From: an uncultured virus (IMG/VR IMGVR_UViG_3300020536_000659)
Taxonomy: Duplodnaviria > Heunggongvirae > Uroviricota > Caudoviricetes
IMG/VR virus record: IMGVR_UViG_3300020536_000659
Strand: one strand, 5' to 3'
Length of the DNA: 64,000 nt
Within the stretch, counting starts at the first letter, position 1, and the number at the start of each line of letters is the position of its first letter. Positions 56,244 through 64,000 of the stretch are shown piece after piece. A program made the position numbers and the translations under genes. Below the pieces are notes generated by a model. That model was not told where the DNA came from, searched no databases, and was given only the letters and a program-made list of their open reading frames with translations.

Positions 56244-56445
56244 TTTTATTGTCCATAGATTTAATAAAGTCTTTGAATTGCTGACGCGGCAGATGACCGT
56301 AATTAATGAAAAGGTCTACGCCATATGACGTCAATATCGGTTTATAACTTATTTGATCCAAACGAGCAAAATTATTTTTCAATAAAATATTGACTGCTTC
56401 TTCGTCAGCCCATATCTCTGTAAATAAAATAGTCGGAAATATCAT
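56230..56445 (-). CDS. Hypothetical protein
   Basis: 71-aa ORF overlapping both neighbours. Confidence 0.5.
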   Translation of the reverse strand: MIFPTILFTEIWADEEAVNILLKNNFARLDQISYKPILTSYGVDLFINYGHLPRQQFKDFIKSMDNKNANK

Positions 56446-56678
56446 GTCGTTTCATGCACAATAAAATCAATAACAGAGTCCTTTCGAAAAGACCTCCAAC
56501 CAGAGTTTTCGATGTCCCAGACAGAAACGATATTCTCGTTGGTCTTTCGTTCCGATTCTGTTTGTTTTTCCGGAAGAAGATCTTCTTTAAGAGTGCACAG
56601 CATTCGCCGAACATCTCCATTCACTTTGGTGAAAACCACTGTGCACTTATTATTCTTTAGATCATTAACATACATCAT
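56442..56678 (-). CDS. WYL-like/SH3-fold small protein
   Basis: V.FTK.NG..R.M.CTL...VWD.E..GWRSFR. Confidence 0.7.
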   Translation of the reverse strand: MMYVNDLKNNKCTVVFTKVNGDVRRMLCTLKEDLLPEKQTESERKTNENIVSVWDIENSGWRSFRKDSVIDFIVHETT

Positions 56679-56929
56679 TTTAGATACTCCTTCAATCTAT
56701 CAAATCCACCAACTTCAATATTAAACTGATCGCCATCTTCACTATATTTTTGATGAACAATCATAGGAAATGTTTTTTGTTCTGGAAACTTTGTTCTAAA
56801 TTCTTCCAGAGTATAATCAGATCCAAGATTCTTAACTTCAAATTTCTTTGAGCGCATCAGCAAAAAGCTCTTTGCTTGCTGACAAAAAGAACAATTGTCT
56901 TTAGAGTATACAGTAAACGTTTCTTGCAT
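56675..56929 (-). CDS. Glutaredoxin
   Basis: YSK.NCSFC..AK, TFP, VGGF. Confidence 0.88.
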   Translation of the reverse strand: MQETFTVYSKDNCSFCQQAKSFLLMRSKKFEVKNLGSDYTLEEFRTKFPEQKTFPMIVHQKYSEDGDQFNIEVGGFDRLKEYLK

Positions 56930-56943
56930 AATATGTGGTTCCG

Positions 56944-57333
56944 TTAAGCAGCTTTTTTCTCTTCAAGTAAAGTTAGCGAATGTTCACGATCGATGAAAAA
57001 ATACTCGATTTTGACTGGGGAAAATTGTTGCATCTCATCAATGATGTCTTGTGGAGTAAGAGTTGAGCATGTATACACATCAAACTCCATCAATCCAGGA
57101 CTTACTGCATCCCACACATGCATGGCAATGTGGCTCGTCTCAATGATTGTAACTGCGGTCAATCCCTGATTTCCGACCATATTGGAGTAGACGCTATATG
57201 GTCCCATAAGAATTTTCATTCCAATTTTATCTACCAATTTTTTCATCCACTCATTAATAAGATCGGTGTCTTTTGGTGGATTGTTTACTTCTGCTCTGAT
57301 TATCAGATGCTTGTGTTCGAGTACCTTTTGCAA
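56944..57333 (-). CDS. speD: S-adenosylmethionine decarboxylase
   Basis: IETSHIAMHVW self-cleavage motif, DVYTC. Confidence 0.88.
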   Translation of the reverse strand: MQKVLEHKHLIIRAEVNNPPKDTDLINEWMKKLVDKIGMKILMGPYSVYSNMVGNQGLTAVTIIETSHIAMHVWDAVSPGLMEFDVYTCSTLTPQDIIDEMQQFSPVKIEYFFIDREHSLTLLEEKKAA

Positions 57334-57368
57334 TTCAAGTAAATTCCCTATAAAGATGTTGAAAAAAA

Positions 57369-57689
57369 TTAATGGGTGTAACTGGGGTCCGTTGCTACGT
57401 CAGTCAATTTGACGTGAGTGGGGACACCACCCTCGCCACGATGTATAGCATAAACAAAATGATTTCCAGCGGGAGAAACGTGAACACATTTTTCCTGATT
57501 TTTCGATGAGAAGAATGTTTCGCCCCCTTTGTGCTTTATCATAAGATTAGTTTCAAGATCGTGCTCTGGATGTGGAAGTCTTGTTTCTGGTCCAACCCAA
57601 TCAGGTATTCCACCAGTGCGCAACTTTCGCGATGTCGGTTTTGCCTTTGCTTCTTTGATTAATTGTCTCATTGATGGCGTCATTTTCAT
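57369..57689 (-). CDS. His-rich hypothetical protein
   Basis: 106 aa; AGGAG RBS; N-terminal MRQLIKEA. Confidence 0.6.
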   Translation of the reverse strand: MKMTPSMRQLIKEAKAKPTSRKLRTGGIPDWVGPETRLPHPEHDLETNLMIKHKGGETFFSSKNQEKCVHVSPAGNHFVYAIHRGEGGVPTHVKLTDVATDPSYTH

Positions 57690-57730
57690 TTCATTCTCCT
57701 GTTTTTATCTTACCTGTTTTTTAAGTTTTG

Positions 57731-58138
57731 TCAAGCAATTTTGATATTTTTTAGGTGGCTCGACGACACCTTGACAGACAACCAATCATTATAAAATTTA
57801 TCAGAAATAATAGCGTCAGATTCTAAAATATATTTCGACTCAAAGTAGTTACATTCTCCTCGACTTTTACAAAAACGAAGAATTGTTCGTTTAAAACAAT
57901 CTTCGCCAAAAAGCTTTACGTCCTCTAATAATTCTTTGGATGATCCGAAATAAGTTTTCCAGTCAGACTGTTTTCTTATCTTTTTTCTTTTACCCTTAAC
58001 TTGTTTGTATCCAGCTTTAGTAAGAAGTTTTTTACCATAATATTTTTTGCCGTTTTTAGAACATTCTATAAGATAGACAAACCCAAAAGCGTCTTCAGGA
58101 GGTTCTTCTAATATTTTTCCATCATAATGCCAAGACAA
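57731..58138 (-). CDS. GIY-YIG family endonuclease
   Basis: FGFVYLI...KKYYGKK, W.TY.GSS, F.R.IL, FYN. Confidence 0.75.
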   Translation of the reverse strand: MSWHYDGKILEEPPEDAFGFVYLIECSKNGKKYYGKKLLTKAGYKQVKGKRKKIRKQSDWKTYFGSSKELLEDVKLFGEDCFKRTILRFCKSRGECNYFESKYILESDAIISDKFYNDWLSVKVSSSHLKNIKIA

Positions 58139-58576
58139 TTATTTTGTGCCGTGATTATGTATGGTAATAACACCATTTCCGTGAAAAGTTATAGATCTTA
58201 ATGTGTCGCTTGATGTTGGTTTAGGAGGTGGGCCTAATCCCTTTACTCTATTATTTTGCTGTTTTATGTGTTTCATGGCCCAATTAATAAACGCAGGAGG
58301 AGATAATATCTCCGGAGATAATATCTCCTGCGGAGGAGATAACCTTAAATTTCTGGAAACTCCTGTCGTGTTTACGTGAAATTGTTCAGGATTATTTTTG
58401 TCACCTTCGAAATGATTTATGTCCACTTTAACGTTTAAATTTTTTGATGTTTTTGTTCTCAATTCATTAGCGATATTTGAAGCTGCGATTTCTCCCAATT
58501 GTTTAAAAGAACCGTGCCAATCAACTTTGGGTTTATTCCCCCCAAAAATAAACTGTCTGAACGTTTTCAATCGCAT
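58139..58576 (-). CDS. Late hypothetical protein, possibly an internal head protein
   Basis: N-terminus MRLKTFRQFI; TATAAATA at 58598-58605. Confidence 0.6.
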   Translation of the reverse strand: MRLKTFRQFIFGGNKPKVDWHGSFKQLGEIAASNIANELRTKTSKNLNVKVDINHFEGDKNNPEQFHVNTTGVSRNLRLSPPQEILSPEILSPPAFINWAMKHIKQQNNRVKGLGPPPKPTSSDTLRSITFHGNGVITIHNHGTK

Positions 58577-58604
58577 CTCCTAGATTATATTTTGTTATAT
58601 TTAT

Positions 58605-58635
58605 AAAAAATCCCCAGGCGGTCCCAGGGATTTTT
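58605..58635 (-). terminator. Intrinsic terminator
   Basis: AAAAATCCCTGGG-ACCG-CCTGGGGA-TTTTTT after the repeat-protein gene. Confidence 0.7.
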
Positions 58636-58656
58636 ATATTTGCGATCTACAGCAGT

Positions 58657-59577
58657 TTATGTAGAGGTGTTTGCCCCAGTCTCAGTTGGTTCAGTTGGCT
58701 CGGGAGGTGTTGGCGGTAACACGTTCGCTAAAGCTAACTGAAGAGAATTTAGTTGATCTTGCAGTTCTTTTAATTGATCAGAGTTTTCTACTGGAACTTC
58801 TTTTATGGTTTCTACTGGAACTTCTTTGACGACTTCAACTTCTTTGATGACTTCAACAATTCTTTCTGGCCCAGGAACTTCTTTGATAACTTCTACCTCT
58901 TTAACGACCTCAACAGGAACTTCCTTGATGACCTCGACTTCTTTGATGACTTCAACAGGAACCTCAACTCGAACTTCTTTAATAACCTCAACTTCTTTGA
59001 TAACTTCTACTTCTTTGATGACTTCAACAGGAACTTCCTTGACGATTTCCACTTCCTTAATGACTTCAACAGGAATTTCCTTGACGACCTCAACAATTCT
59101 TTCTGGCCCAGGAACTTCTTTGATAACTTCTACTTCTTTGATGACATCTTTGAAGATTTCCACAGGAACTTCTTTGACGATTTCAACAATTTCTGTGGGT
59201 CCAGGAATTTCTATTTCAATAACACGTTCGGGTCCAGGAACTTCCTTGATGACTTCAACAGGAACTTCAACTCGAACTTCTTTGACAACCTCAACAATAC
59301 GCTCAGGTCCAGGAACTTCTACTATTACAGGAGAGTTATCGAGTTTTCCAGACATGAAATCATTGAGTTTTTGTAGCTCAACGTCCCGAGCTTTTAGAAC
59401 CTGAATCTCTTGCATAGTTCTTTCAATCTCATTCTGATCTCGTTCAGACTGAGATAAAGCGCGCTCTTCTCTATCTTTAATTTCTTTTTGTTTAGCTTTT
59501 ATCAAAGCTTCAAGTTGATCGACACGCTGTTTTGCGGAAAATCCTAACTGCTTTAGCTCTTCGAGTATCTGTGACAT
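58657..59577 (-). CDS. Coiled-coil plus VIKEVPVE-repeat (articulin/alveolin-like) protein
   Basis: About 180 aa of V/I/K/E/P repeats; TATAAATA at 59610-59617. Confidence 0.8.
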   Translation of the reverse strand: MSQILEELKQLGFSAKQRVDQLEALIKAKQKEIKDREERALSQSERDQNEIERTMQEIQVLKARDVELQKLNDFMSGKLDNSPVIVEVPGPERIVEVVKEVRVEVPVEVIKEVPGPERVIEIEIPGPTEIVEIVKEVPVEIFKDVIKEVEVIKEVPGPERIVEVVKEIPVEVIKEVEIVKEVPVEVIKEVEVIKEVEVIKEVRVEVPVEVIKEVEVIKEVPVEVVKEVEVIKEVPGPERIVEVIKEVEVVKEVPVETIKEVPVENSDQLKELQDQLNSLQLALANVLPPTPPEPTEPTETGANTST

Positions 59578-59621
59578 TTTGGACCCTTTGTTAAGATACG
59601 AATCTTTCTTATTTATAAAAA

Positions 59622-61490
59622 CTAAATCTCAGTCACCGTGCAGTCTCCAGAAACGCAAGCGAATTCATTTGCTGATTTCGTCTGATCCCCTCGTTCATAG
59701 CTTGGGAATAAATCCCAGTCAATTTTGGGGAAATTGTCCACCCACTTGTTATAGGTTTCCTCGTCAATTTCCTGGAATGGAGCTTGCTGATAAACGCTGT
59801 CGTCTTTGGGCAGGAACGAAATACCAGCAATATCATCAAAGTTGTTATAAACAAAATTTGCTACTGCCAGCCACTCGTCTTCACCAACCTTAATTGTGAC
59901 TGATGGGTTGTGTTCGCACCACTTCTGGAAAGAAATCATCCAGTAATTAAGGTGTTCGATAGCACCAATATCAGAAGAAACAAGTGCATTTTTGGGAGCT
60001 TTCTGTGGGAAAGAGAACACCATGCGGTCATTTGGCTTCATGATATCTGGTTCATGAGGAACGCCCTGATCAATCAGGAACTTGGTGATAGCTTCCACAT
60101 TGTTCGAACGAATTGTTCGGATGTAGTGTCTATAGAAACGAGTATGCACTCCGGGAGCAGAGTCAACTAATTCTGAAACTGTTCCTGATGGTTTCTGACA
60201 AGTAATAGAAACGGACTGATTGATGCCGAGTTTCTTGGCCCAGATCTCATTGGTTTCGATCGCGACCTGCTTTAGTTCTGGCATCCATTCAAAGGAAAGA
60301 ATATTATCAAACACTCCCGTCAGAGAAACTCCGAGAAGCCTTTCTTCTTCGCAATTGTCTTTCCAGACTTTGCGGAGATATTTGAAATTAGTAAGAGTTG
60401 ATTGGACCGTGCCAATGATTGTGGCTAACTCAACTTTAGTTTTCAAGGTTTCGATTGTATCAGTGTCACGAACTACGACCTCTGAAAGATTACAAAACTG
60501 ATATGGACGGAGAATAATTTCGGCGCATGGGTTCACACCGAAAGCAACATCGCTATTTCTCCTGCCTGTTCGCTCAGCTTGCTTTTTCAGAGCATGACGA
60601 TTGATGATGCCACGCTCGCCAGACTTGGAGTCATAGATAGCTTTCCACTCATCAATAAACTGAGAAAGAGTGGGCTTTTCATCGTAAATAGCTGAGTTGT
60701 TGGCCAGAGACCTGTGGGGGTGTGTCTGCCACCAGTTCCCTGATTTAGCCAAAGCCATTTCTTTATCAGAAAGGTCAGATAGTGAGATCAGAGCAGCCCT
60801 GCGAACTCCTCCGACAACCACACAGTCTGCAATCTTACAAACGATATCGTGGCACTCAATCGGCCTTAGTTTTCTTCCAGAAGCTTCTCTTACTGTTTTG
60901 ATGATATAATCAAAGGTCTCTTTTAGAGGACCAGGGCCTGAAGCTCTTCCACCGAATGTTTTAAGAGGAGCTCCTGCGGGTCGGACCAAAGAATAATCAA
61001 TCTCTGGAACCTGTCCGGACCAAAGAAGAGCAAGAAGTTCTTTTAGGGCTCGAGCCCACCCAGCCTTTGAGTCGCCCACAACGATCTTGGTATTTGACTT
61101 CTCGAAATGTTCTGAAATGCTTGGAAGCTTGTCTACGTTTCTCCGCTCAACCGAAAATCCTACGCCTGTTCCGCAAAGGGTAACGTAGAACATCTCGTCG
61201 AAAGATCTCAGACTGTCAATTGGAAGATAAGAACAGTTATAGCCTGCCACGTTGCACCTATCAAGAGCAGGTCCTGCAGTCATAAGAGCTCTCATTGAAG
61301 GCATAACTTCTAGATTGAGAATAGCCAAACGAATCCGCTCAACTGTCTTGGAATCGACGCATTTGCTGAGGACATTATCGCAATATCGTTGAACAGTTTC
61401 TTCCCAAACTTCCCTGCGATTTTCCTTTTCCAACCATCTCGCATACTTAGAAACTGCAATAATTTTTTGATAATCTTTCATAACACACAC
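59622..61490 (-). CDS. nrdJ: Class II (adenosylcobalamin-dependent) ribonucleotide reductase
   Basis: YNCS, GGRASGP.PL, VVVGGVRR.A, NPCAEI, KPSGTVS, C-terminal CVSGDC. Confidence 0.92.
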   Translation of the reverse strand: MCVMKDYQKIIAVSKYARWLEKENRREVWEETVQRYCDNVLSKCVDSKTVERIRLAILNLEVMPSMRALMTAGPALDRCNVAGYNCSYLPIDSLRSFDEMFYVTLCGTGVGFSVERRNVDKLPSISEHFEKSNTKIVVGDSKAGWARALKELLALLWSGQVPEIDYSLVRPAGAPLKTFGGRASGPGPLKETFDYIIKTVREASGRKLRPIECHDIVCKIADCVVVGGVRRAALISLSDLSDKEMALAKSGNWWQTHPHRSLANNSAIYDEKPTLSQFIDEWKAIYDSKSGERGIINRHALKKQAERTGRRNSDVAFGVNPCAEIILRPYQFCNLSEVVVRDTDTIETLKTKVELATIIGTVQSTLTNFKYLRKVWKDNCEEERLLGVSLTGVFDNILSFEWMPELKQVAIETNEIWAKKLGINQSVSITCQKPSGTVSELVDSAPGVHTRFYRHYIRTIRSNNVEAITKFLIDQGVPHEPDIMKPNDRMVFSFPQKAPKNALVSSDIGAIEHLNYWMISFQKWCEHNPSVTIKVGEDEWLAVANFVYNNFDDIAGISFLPKDDSVYQQAPFQEIDEETYNKWVDNFPKIDWDLFPSYERGDQTKSANEFACVSGDCTVTEI

Positions 61491-61558
61491 CTTTGTTGAG
61501 ATTGCTGGGAATTCATATTTAGTTTTGTAAACGTTGAATTAACGGTCATTAAAAATAC

Positions 61559-61690
61559 TTAATTTACGGGAACGCAACAACAGAAATACAGGAACGAAAC
61601 TGTTCTGTCTGAGGGAGAAGAATCACCCGCTTTATAGAAACGATAATCGTCTTCCATCGAAGGTTCGTAGTCAAAATTAAAGTTATACAT
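61559..61690 (-). CDS. 43-aa peptide with a CCC motif (not in ORF track)
   Basis: MYNFNFDYEPSMEDD...FLYFCCCVPVN; AGGAG RBS overlapping the thyA stop. Confidence 0.45.
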   Translation of the reverse strand: MYNFNFDYEPSMEDDYRFYKAGDSSPSDRTVSFLYFCCCVPVN

Positions 61691-61699
61691 AATTTTCTC

Positions 61700-62665
61700 C
61701 TATACTGCCATTGGGGCTTTGATTGCTGGATGTGGATTGTAGTTGTTTAGTTTAAATTCGTCTATCAGTTCGTGGAAAAAAGATAGGGGAAGTTGTCTCA
61801 GGTCAGGTATAGAAAGTGTCGGTTCCTGACGAGATTCTCTTTGCAACTGCAACATTACCTGATCCGTATGATTTTTATAGATATGGATATCTCCAAAAGA
61901 CATAATCAGTCGGCCTGGTTTCAGATTACTCAACTGGGCGATAATGTATGTTAGAAGAGAATAACTGGCGATATTAAAAGGCAAGCCTAGAAAAGTATCA
62001 ACGGATCGCTGATACATGTGGCATTCGAGATAACCATCATTTGTAACATTAAACTGGGCGAAGATATGACAGGGAGGCAGACACATATCATCTAACTCTC
62101 CTGGATTCCAAGCAGTGACAATATGCCTTCGACCCATTGGGTCTTTAATAAGACCATCAATCAGATTGCTTACCTGATCGACTGCTCTGCCGTCAGGCGT
62201 TTTCCAATTTCGCCACTGAACTCCATAAATTCTACCAGCGTCTCCAACAAACAGCTGTTTATTTCTGTTTACCCAATAATTAGACTGGACGTTTTCAGTC
62301 CATATGGTTTTGTGGGTTTCAAAGCTTTTAACAAATCGATCTTCTTCCTCTTCAACCGAGTCATAATCGGCTTTATAATATTCAAACGGATTCTTGCCGT
62401 TTTTATGGACCATATAAGCAAGAAATCTTTCATCGGCTTCTCCTGTTAGAAACCAAAGAAGCTCAGAAACTATTGCTCTCCATGCCATCCTTTTAGTTGT
62501 AAGAGCAGGAAAGGTTTGTTTAATATCAAACTCTATTTGCCCACCAAACACACTAAGAGTATCAACGCCCGTGCGATTCTTGCGGAGTTGTCCTCTGGAT
62601 AGCACGTCTTTTAAGAGATTATGATAAACCTCATCGTGCCTGTTGAAAATTGCTTCTGAAGTCAT
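61700..62665 (-). CDS. thyA: Thymidylate synthase
   Basis: RTG, ELLWFL, YG.QWR, LPPCH, YQRS.D.FLGLPFN, HIY.NH. Confidence 0.95.
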   Translation of the reverse strand: MTSEAIFNRHDEVYHNLLKDVLSRGQLRKNRTGVDTLSVFGGQIEFDIKQTFPALTTKRMAWRAIVSELLWFLTGEADERFLAYMVHKNGKNPFEYYKADYDSVEEEEDRFVKSFETHKTIWTENVQSNYWVNRNKQLFVGDAGRIYGVQWRNWKTPDGRAVDQVSNLIDGLIKDPMGRRHIVTAWNPGELDDMCLPPCHIFAQFNVTNDGYLECHMYQRSVDTFLGLPFNIASYSLLTYIIAQLSNLKPGRLIMSFGDIHIYKNHTDQVMLQLQRESRQEPTLSIPDLRQLPLSFFHELIDEFKLNNYNPHPAIKAPMAV

Positions 62666-63713
62666 TTTTTGTTTTTCTTTCTTCTATGTCACACATTTTT
62701 CTTTGATTTAAGACCAAAAGGGCATTGAGTCCCTGAAAGGTATTGGCTTTAATGGTTTTAAGTATTTGTTCCTGAGAGAGTCCAGAAAGAAACATCTCGT
62801 TTATATCTTTTTGTTGTATTGATGGTGGCCAGATAACAACACTGAAACCTTTATCAATAGCAGATTTAATCTGTTTGACTATCTGTTTATTTCTGGGTTC
62901 GTTATCATATATGACTACCATACTACTTTTGTCGATTCCAGTCAAGTTAATTATTGAAGTTAGATTGCCTCCTGCTGCAGCGATAGCGTTTGGCAAAAAC
63001 ATTGCATCGAATGGCCCCTCTGTCAGATAGACAGTCGATGAGGTATCAACAGTTTCCATACCCCAAATTTTTGGAGCTTCATCAAAAAGCATAATGGTAA
63101 TATAACGAAGCTTGCTTTTCGGATCGAGGGATCTTCCCTGAAAGCCAACAAGGATCTTATTCTTATCTATAAAAGGTATAATTATCCTCGGTTCCTCAGG
63201 GCAATCATCGGTAAGTTTACCAGGAACAAATTTATTGACGAGCTCTTTAAACTTCTCGGCGTAATAAATTCGATAATGCTGATTCGGCGGTATCTTTCTA
63301 TTCTCGATATATTGTTTTGCGGGATGATCGTGGGGCAGAGAAGATATCTTTGGAATCTGATTAAGAATGGTAGCCTTGACGAATTTAGGCTTCTTCATTT
63401 TATCAGCGAATAACTCAACGTCTGTCTTTTCGACCTTATTGCTGTTTTGCAATTTCTCTTTGATAAACTGATAATATGTGGTGTTATCGAACTTTTTAAG
63501 AAAGTTAGAAAAATACATCGATGTCATGCAATTATGACAATGATACCGATATGAACCTTTTTTGGGGTAAAGATATCCACGAGCCTTGGTAGATTTCTTC
63601 TGAGAATCCTCACACAAGACACAACGAAAATTAAAGATAGATTTTGATTTTGATTTAAATCGGGGAAGTTTAGAAGATATTAGAAAGATGTATTTTCGCT
63701 CAAGCCATTCCAT
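62631..63713 (-). CDS. gp61: DNA primase gp61
   Basis: Zn ribbon CVLC...HCHNC, RIIIPF, GFQGR, EGP.D, DNEPRN, KDIN. Confidence 0.93.
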   Translation of the reverse strand: MEWLERKYIFLISSKLPRFKSKSKSIFNFRCVLCEDSQKKSTKARGYLYPKKGSYRYHCHNCMTSMYFSNFLKKFDNTTYYQFIKEKLQNSNKVEKTDVELFADKMKKPKFVKATILNQIPKISSLPHDHPAKQYIENRKIPPNQHYRIYYAEKFKELVNKFVPGKLTDDCPEEPRIIIPFIDKNKILVGFQGRSLDPKSKLRYITIMLFDEAPKIWGMETVDTSSTVYLTEGPFDAMFLPNAIAAAGGNLTSIINLTGIDKSSMVVIYDNEPRNKQIVKQIKSAIDKGFSVVIWPPSIQQKDINEMFLSGLSQEQILKTIKANTFQGLNALLVLNQRKMCDIEERKTKNDFRSNFQQAR

Positions 63714-63757
63714 AGGTCACCACTCATAGAGGTTGAATATTAATCAGTGCATTACTG

Positions 63758-63785
63758 ATTATACTTCTTCTATCAGTTTAGACAA
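63758..63785 (-). promoter_or_regulatory. Putative sigma70 promoter of the primase gene
   Basis: TTGTCT-N16-TATAAT, overlapped by the inverted repeat TAATCAGT-gcatt-ACTGATTA (63741-63761). Confidence 0.5.
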
Positions 63786-63998
63786 GCTATTTTCGGAAGT
63801 TTTCTCAAAAATACCGATGCCAACAATATAATCAACTCCATCAGGTAATCTAATTGGAAACTTTCTTCCCACAAAAATGCCTTTTGGTGTTTTTTCCGTT
63901 AAATGAATACCTTCTTGTTGTTTGTAAACCTTCTCGTCGTTCTGAGTAAAAACAGCTGCTGTTTCTTTATCCCAAATTTCTTCATCGGTTTTCCCATC
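63759..63998 (-). CDS. C-terminal part of a PAS-domain-like protein (5' end outside the window)
   Basis: ..DGKTDEEIWDKETAAVFTQNDEKVY...RKFPIRLPDGVDYIVGIG..; matches the GKTD.e.....a......D..V and KfP....dG.....g pattern of PAS folds. Confidence 0.55.
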   Translation of the reverse strand, partial: DGKTDEEIWDKETAAVFTQNDEKVYKQQEGIHLTEKTPKGIFVGRKFPIRLPDGVDYIVGIGIFEKTSENSLSKLIEEV

Positions 63999-64000
63999 AT

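Noticed and set aside
58774..59404. Plus-strand ORFs of 199-200 aa with FFDDFN or TSTSLM repeats
   Set aside because: Reverse-frame artefacts of the VIKEVP repeat gene, which has the promoter and terminator.
61491..61700. Cobalamin riboswitch upstream of nrdJ
   Set aside because: No recognisable B12-box or conserved core, and the gap is mostly filled by a small ORF.
61700..62665. ThyA homologue as a dCMP hydroxymethylase feeding DNA glycosylation
   Set aside because: It keeps canonical ThyA motifs, including the Asn of GLPFN that specifies dUMP.
1..64000. Alternative genetic code or stop-codon reassignment
   Set aside because: Core genes are full length in the standard code and use TAA, TAG and TGA as stops.

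Overview
This 64 kb window is an AT-rich, gene-dense segment of a large T4-like myovirus with cyanophage/alphaproteobacterial-phage-type gene order. The host is most likely an alphaproteobacterium, inferred from a permuted tmRNA with an ANDN...AA tag and a TonB-dependent receptor. From left to right: a >2050-aa repetitive tail-fibre gene that runs off the window edge; an oppositely oriented 1559-aa five-domain glycosyltransferase/methyltransferase; a collagen-like fibre; split VrlC-like proteins; the baseplate/tail module (gp8, 7, 6, 25, 5, hub, 53, 48, 4, 2, 54/19-like, 26, 51, tape-measure-like lysozyme); gp32, 59 and 33; an accessory island (TonB receptor, lipoprotein, two-piece tmRNA, ADP-ribosyltransferase, unannotated structured RNA, M15 endolysin); and replication/metabolism genes (exonuclease, PhoH, RNase H, GT4, glutaredoxin, SpeD, NrdJ, ThyA, primase). 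The best candidates for new biology are (1) a late-expressed glycosylation enzyme placed between fibre genes, suggesting virion glycosylation, (2) a phage-encoded permuted tmRNA plus a second structured ncRNA with the same promoter architecture, and (3) a probable -1 frameshift joining gp26 to gp51. All calls come from reading motifs by eye; no searches or folding programs were run.
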